Source of the DNA: Laetmonice hystrix
Lineage: Eukaryota
Reading direction: 5' to 3'
Assembly: GCA_965235115.1 (NCBI GenBank)
Contig: OZ249436.1
Span: 17,982,001-18,046,000 of the forward strand
Length of the DNA stretch: 64,000 nucleotides
The notes below the pieces were generated by a model. The model saw nothing but the letters and a program-made list of their open reading frames with translations, was not told the DNA's origin and did not search any database. Shown one piece after another: positions 52,926 to 64,000 of the stretch. Each line of letters begins with the position of its first letter. The stretch's first letter is position 1. The translations under genes were made by a program, and so were the position numbers.

Positions 52926-53992
52926 CTGGTACACTGGTACTAATACCCAGTGAATAATCGCAGTTCGTACTGATGCACTGGTACTAATACCCAGTGAATA
53001 ATCGCAGTTCGTACTGGGGCACTGCTACTAATACCCAGTGAATAATCGCAGTTCGTAGAGTCTACTGATGCACTGGTACTAATACCCAGTGAATAATCGC
53101 AGTTCGTACTGGGGCACTGCTACTAATACCCAGTGAATAATCGCAGTTCGTACTGATGCACTGGTACTAATACCCAGTGAATAATCGCAGTTCGTACTGA
53201 TGCACTGGTACTAATACCCAGTGAATAATCGCAGTTCGTACTGATGCACTGGTACTAATTAATACCCAGTGAATAATCGCAGTTCGTACTGATGCACTGG
53301 TACTAATACCCAGTGAATAATCGCAGTTCGTACTGGGGTACTGGTACTAATACCCAGTGAATAATCGCAGTTCGTACTGATGCACTGGTACTAATACCCA
53401 GTGAATAATCGCAGTTCGAATACTGGGGCACTGCTACTAATACCCAGTGAATAATCGCAGTTCGTACTGCGACACTGGTACTAATACCCAGTGAATAATC
53501 GCAGTTCGTACTGGGGTACTGGTACTAATACCCAGAATCGCAGTTCGTACTGGAGTACTGGTACTAATACCCAGTGAATAATCGCAGTTCGTACTGGGGT
53601 ACTGGTACTAATACCCAGTGAATAATCGCAGTTCGTACTGGGGTACTCAGGCTTTCCGCCAGAAAAAAATTTAGGGTACGGACCAGAGGAGGGGTTAGGG
53701 TTACGGTTAGCCTAACCCTAACCCAAACTGCTGTTACAAATATGTGAATTAATCCAATAAAGACTGAATATACTGTACAACATTATATTTGATTCCTTCA
53801 AGTTGCCCAAGGCATCATCAGGAGGTTTTTATCACTTCATGGAAAAATGGTTACCCAACGATTTTGAGGTTACGGATCCGTACCCTGGAAAAATTTTAGG
53901 GTACGGAATTTTACCCATTTTACCCTCTGACGGAAACCCTGGGTACTGGTACTAATACCCAGTGAATAATCGCAGTTCGTACCGGGGCACTG
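52926..53992. repeat. Minisatellite, 44-bp unit GCACTGGTACTAATACCCAGTGAATAATCGCAGTTCGTACTGAT, ~17 copies, interrupted by a MITE
   Basis: 44-bp periodicity resumes after 53941. Confidence 0.96.
53648..53941. mobile_element. hAT-like MITE inserted in the minisatellite
   Basis: TIR caggctttccgccaga / tctgacggaaaccctg (14/16); ggtact duplicated at both flanks. Confidence 0.85.
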
Positions 53993-54929
53993 CAGTGGAG
54001 ATGGTTTAGTCACTAATGTATCTAGGGTAGACTTTAAGCTGACTGGTCCTGCTAGATAAGCGATTCTTTTCTCTTTTTTTTTAAATTGCAATGCAACCCA
54101 AATCCGCTTCAAATAACTAAAGTCACCGTGATCAAATACATAAACCAGTGTGTAGAATCCATCGAAAGCTGCTGACAGTCAAGGTTTTTCCCCACTTTAT
54201 ATTAAACGCAAGTTCAACTGTCCATGCCAGCCTCATCTCCAAGTCAGACCAATTGCCAAAACCTTTTGACCTTGAGCATAGGCCCCAATAACCAATAAGG
54301 ATATTATTATCCAGCTTTTTCTTCCTTGAGTGCATAGTGTGAGAGTGTCATTATTGGTAAAAGGTAGTGTGGTATTGTATGCCTTGACGGTTTAATTTCG
54401 TTTTGTTGACTTTATCGATTCACCGATCCCAGATTTAGTAATGTCACACCGTCATGAGACTAATCCCTTTTGTATTCAGCTGTCGGAAGAATATTCTCTC
54501 TCTGGTTACTAAATATTGTTAGTAACATCTACGTTCTCATAAATGAAATACGAATATTTGCTGGTTTTTATCCTTGTTCTGTCGTTGGTTTCCATGACAT
54601 CCTCTCTTGGTTCGAATGTCACCGGTAAATGTCGCTGTCATTGAGGAGCTTCGGCAGTGTTCACGTACCACAACTTTGAATGTTCTATGTAAGGCAGGTT
54701 GTAGATCAACGCCAGCTAAGAATAGCGCCACCTGGCGGTATTCTTAGTTGGCGAAGTACAAGGCGCTGTCTAAAGTCGGTGTGACTCAACGATATTTAAG
54801 TTCCCCACTGCTGCAGCTGGTGGTGCTGCCTGATGAGTGTCAACTTTTATGTTCAGACTGAATGTATGCTCGGTTGGGAACTCGAAGGCTGAGGTATAGA
54901 TCTATAGTAGGTCCCTATAGCCAGCTTAA

Positions 54930-55502
54930 AGGGAAATGTGAGTGTTCAAAGCGCCACCTAGTGAGCCGCGTTGGTACCATGGGGAAAATGTGAGTATTCA
55001 AAGCGCCGGGTAGTGAGCTTTAAAAGAAAACTGTTTGGCTTATTTATGCAGTCAACTAGTTTGATCTGGAAATCAGTAGTATTTTTTAAACAATGAACCA
55101 AACTGTGTGCCAGAACCTGTCTACTCCATTGAATGCTATATTTAAGACCCGTGTTTTACCAAGGCACTGACTGTTTGGCAGGCTGTAACTTTTTTGTTGT
55201 TTCGGTGACCCCCAATTTTTTTTGTTTTAAACTATTAGTCTTGATCCACTTTATCTTGTCACCGAGTTTCGGGAGAAAATTGGTGGTCATTTTTTAACTA
55301 TTAGTCAAAATGTCTGAAAAATCCTGTTTTTCCCATTGAAACCTAGAGTAAAGACCTATTTTTTACGGAGGCCTGTATAAAAAATTCTAATTCGGTGACA
55401 TATGATTTTTTTTGTTTCTTTGTACTCCTAGGGACAAAGGCTATTACCCTATAAAAATATTTTGAAAATTCTAGTGGTGGATTCGAACACTCACATTTCC
55501 CT
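54930..55502. mobile_element. Kolobok-like MITE with TTAA TSD
   Basis: ttaa|agggaaatgtgagtgttc ... gaacactcacatttccct|ttaa: perfect 18-bp TIR. TTAA TSD with RR..YY termini is typical of Kolobok. Confidence 0.88.
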
Positions 55503-57799
55503 TTAAGGGTCATTCAACTTGCCACGTTGAGGGACCCCTTTTCATCGTCTTCGCAGTCTTCTCCTAATTCAGGGAACTATAGGCCTAATATCTTACTGTG
55601 TGCGAATAACGTTATGACATAAATTGGATCTAGCCCGATCTGGATCTGGTGTTAATATACACAACTAATGGTTCTTTTCATTCCCACAGTGCGTCACGTT
55701 GAAATAATAATGTTCACCCCTCATTTTCCTCATGAAAAGCACTCATTCTTTGTGGATAAAAATCCAATGCGAGACCCAGGCAGGGGGTATGGACCACCAG
55801 GTGAATTATTAGGGGGGGGGCTTCTGAACTTCTGGGGGAAAGCTCTACATCTAAACTCCAGTAACTGCATGATTCGGTGCATGTCACTGGTTTAGGCGGA
55901 ACACACCATCCGTGCCGGAAGTAAAGCCGCCGGCAGAGCCTCGATCTGAGATCGAGTCGGCCGCCTGAGATGGCCGACATCACAATGTTCCAGAGGCAGG
56001 CGAGGTGGACAAAATCGTGGCGTGTGGTGGCCCGCTGTCCCTCGTGGTCGACTCAATGTGCTCAAAGCGCCCTGCAGCAGCAACGAATGTGTTCGTGAAC
56101 ATCCGGCCGGTGTCTCACACCCGGTGTCCCACCGTAAACCAGCTGCCGTTGGTGTCTCGCGCCAAACGTCCCATTGTAGACGGTCCGCCGACGCTGTGTC
56201 ACACTAAATATCCCATTGTACATATTCTACCAGGACGACTGGCGCTAGTCCAAATGGGTTCAGCCAAGCGGATACAAAACTTATCATAGCGAGTTACGTC
56301 TGGGCCCCTGTGCCAAGCGCTGCCTTTTGTCACACCAAGATCTGGCCTAATACATTTACACAATCTTAAGGGACTCGATGTATTGGGCCACGTGGCCCAG
56401 CACGGCTGACGGCCGGCGAGAAATATGAGCAGCAGGAGGCAATCGTTTGGATGGCCACAAGGAGGGCCTGATGGTTATTTCTATACTTAAAGCGATCACT
56501 CACGTCTTAATACACTTCTGGGAGGCCACAGCATTATCGGTGAACTGTGCCTGCCCCCGATCATCTGTCTCCCGATCCTGGTTTATTGAGGGACCACCCC
56601 CAGCCCCCAGCCCTCAGTCTAGACCAGCTCTAGAGGTGACATCCCAGCACAGAACCCCTCTACCCTATCAAAGCCACGTGTTTTCCTGGTAAGTCTGAGG
56701 TCAGTATATAAAAATTGGAGGTATGCGTGATTGCGACAATGCTTATATATCAATAGATCTTTAGAAAGGAACCTTAAGTGAACATGAATAGAAATAGCAT
56801 GCGATGCATCATATTCCAATATGACGTCAAAAACAGTATCACAATGGTTTTACAGAGTGGTAAGCTTTGGATTCACTTTAGCTCCGGACTGGGCGTAAAA
56901 AATCGATGGCGCCTGGGCAGACTTTTTGGACAATTCTATCAGGAATCATGTGATTACCATCTCGGTGGGAGCGAGTGAAGGGCCCCCGTTCCGTGTTGTA
57001 TATGCTCCCCCAGCCTCCGGTTTGTGGTCGGTGCATGCACGGTGCCAATCACTACTAGCACGGACAGCTGCAAACGGCGACAGAAGCCTGCACATGATCA
57101 CCATTTCCCTATACTACTACATCTGTCCTCCCTCCGGCAGCTGCTGTTATAAAAGGAATCTAAGTCTGCCGGAATGCAAATCCTGCGGACCAGGATTCCC
57201 TAGGTATGCAGGATACATAATTATGCAAAGGTAACGGTTATGAAGATATATTGATATAATATCATATTCACGGCTGCCAGCTCTAGGAATGCAGATCCGT
57301 CGAACCTGCATTCCAGGGCCCTGTTTCATAAAAAATCTTACATTTTAGATTTAATCATATTGTCGATATACGATAGATTCTGTTTCATAAAAGATCGTTC
57401 TTGTCGAAGAACGATAAATTTGTCACGACCAAATGAAAAATCGCTCAAGTGTTTCATAAAATCGTTCTTGGCTTTTTTTCAATCGTTATTTCCTCGAAAA
57501 TAGTCGTTGGCCACGACCACCCCGAGGGTTGTCGTAGGATAATATAAAAACACGAAATGAGTGAATTTTGGCGAAATTTTACTACAACCGTCATTTATGG
57601 AGAGGAGAAGGAGGCGTCGGTGGTTCTTCGCGTGAATAAACCCAATTAATACTAGGTTTTACGGTGACTTATTCGTGAAACATATCGTTATTTCCTCGAG
57701 AAAAAATCGTTGGCCACGACCACACCGAGGGTTGTCGTAGAATAATATAAAGGCGCGAAATAAGTGAATTTTTGCGGAATTTTACTTCAACCGTGAATT

Positions 57800-58280
57800 A
57801 TGGAGGGGAGAAGGAGATGGTTCTTCGCGCGAATAGACCCAATTAATAGGTTTGACGGCGACTTATTCGGGAAACGGTATCGGCTGGACAAGGAGTCAGT
57901 GATCGCCCTTTCAAGAACATATGAAGACTCGCCGTTTTGCTCAACGTCCGGCGACCCAAGTAGTATCATGAATATAGTCAAAGCTTGAATTTGTGTAAAG
58001 AACCTAACATTTATTCAAAATTTCCCAAATGTATTACTTAGAAACAAGTAAGGTATACTTCTTTAATAGGGTAATTCTTCTTAAAGTAATTAAGATGCCT
58101 ATATCAGCTGTGTAGGCCTAAAACTAACTCACCAAAAAATATGTTAATAACCCCTTCCTCATTTTGCAGATGTGTTTGGCCCTGTGCTTCTACGCGACAG
58201 GGCCCAACTACAGAGTTCTGAGCGACCTCTAGGACTTTAGCAAGCCCACCGTTAGCCGGGCCGTAGGGGAGGTGACGGAT
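57800..58280 (+). pseudogene. Harbinger (HARBI1-like) transposase N-terminal/HTH remnant in two exon pieces
   Basis: RIDPINRFDGDLFGKRYRLDKESVIAL (57800 ORF), then after ttttgcag| at 58170: MCLALCFYATGPNYRVLSDL*DFSKPTVSRAVGEVTD. This matches the family pattern ALRFYATG..GD..S.PTVSR.V..VT. In-frame stops; DDE domain absent. Confidence 0.85.
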
Positions 58281-58604
58281 ATTGAGGGAGTCCATACTGT
58301 GCCTCTCTCATCTTGTGCTTTATCTTGGGAGATGATGACTTTTTCTTCTCTTTGTGTTCTTTGTGTTCTTTACTGGGAACATCCGGGACATGGGGTTTCT
58401 TGTGGAGGGCAAAACATAAGACATCTATGCCTACAATGTAGGCCTACATGATTTTATCCTTTATTTACCGGATAACAAGCACTAAGTCTTAGTACTAGCC
58501 CTAACTAGGTATCTACTATAGATCTATACGGTGTAGTTTTTTCCATTCAGCAGAAATACTTGGTCGCCCAACTACTTATGGTCTTTTACCATACCAGCCC
58601 ATTA

Positions 58605-60168
58605 TAAACAAGCTTGTGAAGCTTATAGCCCCCACCAATAACTATGGATTCTTGAAGAAACGATGCACGACTTCAATTGATCTTTAAAGGGCAAAGAAAA
58701 TATTGCCAAAGGAAACTTCGTATGTACTTCGTCCGCATCTTATAGTAACTATGCAGTTATGTACAATTTGATAGTGTTATCCGACGTGAAGTGTTTTGTC
58801 TAGATACAATTGCAAATATGCTTGACCTTGATTGACCTTTAGAGGTTAGTTAAATTCATGGAAATTCATGATTTTCTCTCTCAATTTTTACTAATATTAG
58901 TAAATTTCACCAGATCCCGTCAGAGTCACAGCCCACCAACTGAGTAGGGACTAATTATCTGTGGGTCCATGAACTCTGTGTACTTTTGGCACGCTTGTTG
59001 CCCCTCATGCCTTCTGTCACCAAGAAAGAAGGACAAAAAAGGTCAGAGTTATTGTTTCGAATTTTTTCATATCCAAGATGGCCACCAAGCAGCCATTTTT
59101 TAATGATATGTTTGACCTGTGTCCTCCTTAGACTGTCCCTGGTTATTATGTAATATTGCATGCAAGATTAGATCTTGTTATCTTCAACTGATTTGGAGGT
59201 ACAGGCCATTAAAATCTGCATGACCTTGATTGACCTTTCAAGGTCGCTCAAGGTCATGGGAAATGGCGCCAAATGAAACTTCATATATGACTTCCTATCT
59301 GTCAATAATAGTAACTATTGCCTTATCTTGCACCGTTGTCGCGATACGAGCCAAAACAGTGTTATGGGGGAGTAAAAATATTACTGTGGCCGCCATGTCG
59401 CCACATTTGCTCTGATCTGGGAATACATTGGCATATTCATTTCCCCTCATATGCACCTTCTTTCTACCAAATTTGAAAGAAATCGGGATCGTTTTGTCTG
59501 AGTTATTGCTCCAAATGTGATTATATCCAAGATGGCCACCACGCGGCCATTTTGACTGATGTCAAAAATATCTTTGACCTGCCTCTACCTTGGACTGTAC
59601 CTGATCATTATGTAATGTTTCATGCAAGATTATGTTGTTATCGTTAAAGATCCAGACTATTGAAAATCTGCATGACCTTGATTGACCTTTCAAGGTCGCT
59701 CAAGGTCATGGAAAATGGCGCCAAATGAAACTTCATATATGACTTCCTATCTATCAATAATCATCTTGCACCGTTTTCGAGATATAAGCCAAAACAGTGT
59801 CACTGTGGGGGTCAAGAAACAAATATGGCCGCCATGTCGCCATTTTGAATCTGAATTGAAATTGTATTGCGGTGCACATTGGCCATCATTATGCCTCCTC
59901 CCTGGACCAGGTTTGAAAGAAATCGTGACTGTTTTGGCTGAGATATTGATGAAAATGTGTTTACATCCAAGATGGCCGCCAAACGGCCATTTTGAATGAT
60001 ATCAAAAATCTGTTTGACATGCATCATACTCACATCATCCCTAATCATTGTGTGAAGTTTCAAAGAAATCGACCCATACACTTCTGAGAAATCGCTGTCT
60101 ACGGACATACGAACGAGCAAGAACAAGTATGTGTCAAGGGGGTATTCCCGGAATTCCCCTCCTGACGT
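58605..60168 (+). mobile_element. Non-autonomous element nested in the Harbinger (TGACCTTG/CAAGATGGCC family, possibly Helentron-associated)
   Basis: Starts aaacaag with palindrome aagcttgtgaagctt. Has ~450-bp tandem modules (59230 and 59682 ORFs are paralogous), acggacatacgaacg, and a 3' hairpin gtcaagggggtattcc/ggaattcccctcctgac. Boundaries approximate. Confidence 0.6.
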
Positions 60169-60576
60169 CACTATTCAGTTCATTCAACTGGTTCCCGGTT
60201 GTCTTATCCAGGGTCGACGAGGAAGGATTTTCCAATATGTAACGATTTTGATTTTCTTCAACGATGCACTTTATGAAACGGAACCGACGACATATCGTAA
60301 CGATTATCGTTCCTGCTACGATTTTTTAAGAATTATCGTTCTTTTTTGGTCGTGGTTTATGAAACAGGGCCCAGGGGACTTGGAAATCTGCCACACTGTT
60401 TCCGCCACGAGCTGCTCTCGCCAAGTGATGCTTGGATCAGCGTTCAGTGACAACCTTTATATCTGTCGTTCTATCCTTGTTTACAACGAGAACCGTGAAC
60501 ACCGCGTATTAAATTTTTTTGACTGTAGTGTATTCTATACGATCGACTTTCAAATCTAACTTCTATTATACACTTT

Positions 60577-63500
60577 CCACCTCACTCTCTCGAAGCCAGA
60601 AACGGCAACACACCACATACTCTCCACCTCACCCTGTGAGTCACTGACGGCAACACACCACACACACTCCACCTCACTCTGTGAGCCACTGACGGCAACA
60701 CACCACATACTCTACCTCACTCTGTGAGCCACTGACGGCAACACACCACACACTCTCCACCTCACTCTGTGAGCCACTGACGGCAACACACCACATACTC
60801 CACCTCACTCTGTGAGCCACTGACGGCAACACACCACACACTCTCCACCTCACTCTGTGAGCCACTGACAGCAACACACCACATACTCCACCTCACTCTG
60901 TGAGCCACTGACGGCAACACACCACATACTCTCCACCTCACTCTGTGAGCCACTGACGGCAACACACCACACACTCTCCACCTCACTCTGTGAGCGACTG
61001 ATGGCAACACACCACACACTCTCCACCTCACTCTGTGAGTCACTGACGGCAACAAACCACACACTCTCCACCTCACTCTGTGAGCCACTGACGGCAACAC
61101 ACCACACACTCTCCACCTCACTCTGTGAGCGACTGATGGCAACACACCACACACTCTCCACCTCACTCTGTGAGCCACTGACGGCAACACACCACACACT
61201 ATCCGCCTCACTCTGTGAGCCACTGACGGCAACACACCACACACTCTCCACCTCACTCTGTGAGCCACTGACGGCAACACACCACACACTCTACCTCACT
61301 CTGTGAGCCACTGACGGCAACACACCACACACTCCCCACCTCACTCTGTGAGCCACTGACGGCAACACACTACATACTCTACCTCACTCTGTGAGCCACT
61401 GACGGCAACACACCACACACTCCCCACCTCACTCTGTGAGCCACTGACGGCAACACACCACACACTCTCCACCTCACTCTGTGAGCCACTGACGGCAACA
61501 CACCACATACTCCACCTCACTCTGTGAGCCACTGACGGCAACACACCACATACTCTACCTCACTCTGTGAGCCACTGACGGCAACACACCACACACTCTC
61601 CACCTCACTCTGTGAGCCACTGACGGCAACACACCACACACTCCCCACCTCACTCTGTGAGCCACTGACGGCAACACACCACATACTCCACCTCACTCTG
61701 TGAGCCACTGACGGCAACACACCACATACTCTACCTCACTCTGTGAGCCACTGACGGCAACACACCACACACTCCCCACCTCACTCTGTGAGCCACTGAC
61801 GGCAACACACCACACACTCTCCACCTCACTCTGTGAGCCACTGACGGCAACACACCACATACTCCACCTCACTCTGTGAGCCACTGACGGCAACACACCA
61901 CATACTCTACCTCACTCTGTGAGCCACTGACGGCAACACACCACATACTCTACCTCACTCTGTGAGCCACTGACGGCAACACACCACATACTCTACCTCA
62001 CTCTGTGAGCCACTGACGGCAACACACCACACACTATCCGCCTCACTCTGTGAGCCACTGACGGCAACACACCACATACTCTCCACCTCACTCTGTGAGC
62101 CACTGACGGCAACACACCACACACTCCCCACCTCACTCTGTGAGCCACTGACGGCAACACACCACACACTCTCCACCTCACTCTGTGAGCCACTGACGGC
62201 AACACACCACACAATCCCCACCTCACTCTGTGAGCCACTGACGGCAACACACCACACACTCTCCACCTCACTCTGTGAGCCACTGACGGCAACACACCAC
62301 ACACTCCCCACCTCACTCTGTGAGCCACTGACGGCAACACACCACACACTCTCCACCTCACTCTGTGAGCCACTGACGGCAACACACCACACACTCTCCA
62401 CCTCACTCTGTGAGCCACTGACGGCAACACACCACACACTCTCCACCTCACTCTGTGAGCCACTGACGGCAACACACCACACACTCTCCACCTCACTCTG
62501 TGAGCCACTGACGGCAACACACCACACACTCTCCACCTCACTCTGTGAGCCACTGACGGCAACACACCACACACTCTCCACCTCACTCTGTGAGCCACTG
62601 ACGGCAACACACCACACACTCTCCACCTCACTCTGTGAGCCACTGACGGCAACACACCACACACTCTCCACCTCACTCTGTGAGCCACTGACGGCAACAC
62701 ACCACACACTCCCCACCTCACTCTGTGAGCCACTGACGGCAACACACCACACAATCCCCACCTCACTCTGTGAGCGACTGACGGCAACACACCACACACT
62801 CTCCACCTCACTCTGTGAGCCACTGACGGCAACACACCACACACTCTCCACCTCACTCTGTGAGCGACTGACGGCAACACACCACACACTCTCCACCTCA
62901 CTCTGTGAGCCACTGACGGCAACACACCACACACTCCCCACCTCACTCTGTGAGCCACTGACGGCAACACACCACACACTCTCCACCTCACTCTGTGAGC
63001 CACTGACGGCAACACACCACACACTCTCCACCTCACTCTGTGAGCCACTGACGGCAACACACCACACACTCCCCACCTCACTCTGTGAGCCACTGACGGC
63101 AACACACCACACACTCCCCACCTCACTCTGTGAGCCACTGACGGCAACACACCACACACTCTCCACCTCACTCTGTGAGCCACTGACGGCAACACACCAC
63201 ACACTCTCCACCTCACTCTGTGAGCCACTGACGGCAACACACCACATACTCTCCACCTCACTCTGTGAGCCACTGACGGCAACACACCACACACTCCCCA
63301 CCTCACTCTGTGAGCCACTGACGGCAACACACCACACACTCTCCACCTCACTCTGTGAGCCACTGACGGCAACACACCACACACTCTCCACCTCACTCTG
63401 TGAGCCACTGACGGCAACACACCACACACTCTCCACCTCACTCTGTGAGCCACTGACGGCAACACACCACACAGTCTCCACCTCACTCTGTGAGCCACTG

Positions 63501-64000
63501 ACGGCAACACACCACACACTCTCCACCTCACTCTGTGAGCCACTGACGGCAACACACCACACACTCTCCACCTCACTCTGTGAGCCACTGACGGCAACAC
63601 ACCACACACTCTCCACCTCACTCTGTGAGCCACTGACGGCAACACACCACACACTCTCCACCTCACTCTGTGAGCCACTGACGGCAACACACCACACACT
63701 CCCCACCTCACTCTGTGAGCCACTGACGGCAACACACCACACAATCCCCACCTCACTCTGTGAGCGACTGACGGCAACACACCACACAGTCTCCACCTCA
63801 CTCTGTGAGCCACTGACGGCAACACACCACACACTCCCCACCTCACTCTGTGAGCCACTGACGGCAACACACCACACAATCCCCACCTCACTCTGTGAGC
63901 GACTGACGGCAACACACCACACACTCTCCACCTCACTCTGTGAGCCACTGACGGCAACACACCACACACTCTCCACCTCACTCTGTGAGCCACTGACGGC
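60577..64000. repeat. Minisatellite, 45-bp unit CCTCACTCTGTGAGCCACTGACGGCAACACACCACACACTCTCCA (43-bp variants), >75 copies, runs off the window
   Basis: Tandem array; source of the 673-aa and 666-aa ORFs. Confidence 0.98.

Larger units (their letters stand above)
57317..60371 (+). mobile_element. Internally deleted PIF/Harbinger transposon
   Basis: Perfect 16-bp TIR GGCCCTGTTTCATAAA; 3-bp TSD CAG (57314-16, 60372-74); transposase remnants inside; subterminal ATCGT/ACGAT repeats. Confidence 0.9.

Noticed and set aside
55890..56290. GC-rich stretch with overlapping ORFs
   Set aside because: No recognisable domain or splice structure; ORFs on both strands reflect GC content.
61955..63993. 673-aa and 666-aa ORFs
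   Set aside because: Translations of a 45-bp satellite, open in two frames because the unit lacks stops.
2684..64000. CRISPR-like appearance of 22-45 bp repeats
   Set aside because: Units are head-to-tail with no unique spacers, there are no cas genes, and the context is eukaryotic.

Overview
Eukaryotic, most likely bilaterian invertebrate, intergenic or intronic DNA. No intact protein-coding gene, rRNA, tRNA or CRISPR array is recognisable. About a third of the window (~21 kb) is ~19 unrelated tandem arrays with 5-69 bp units, and these produce nearly all long ORFs in the track. The rest holds many non-autonomous DNA transposons: hAT-like MITEs, a TTAA-flanked Kolobok-like MITE, nested MITEs, and a 3.05-kb internally deleted Harbinger (CAG TSD) with a broken transposase N-terminus and a nested insert. 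There are several promoter-like motif clusters, CTCF-like sites, and a few candidate exons with good splice donors (minus strand near 48.1 kb and 25.8 kb; plus strand near 4.5 kb), possibly alternative first exons of a large gene. The most unusual signal is that several unrelated arrays carry splice-signal motifs in every unit (minus-strand GTAAGT, CAG|GTCAGT and CAG|GTAAAT; plus-strand TACTAAC). I found no convincing novel protein-coding system. Copy numbers and boundaries were estimated by eye.
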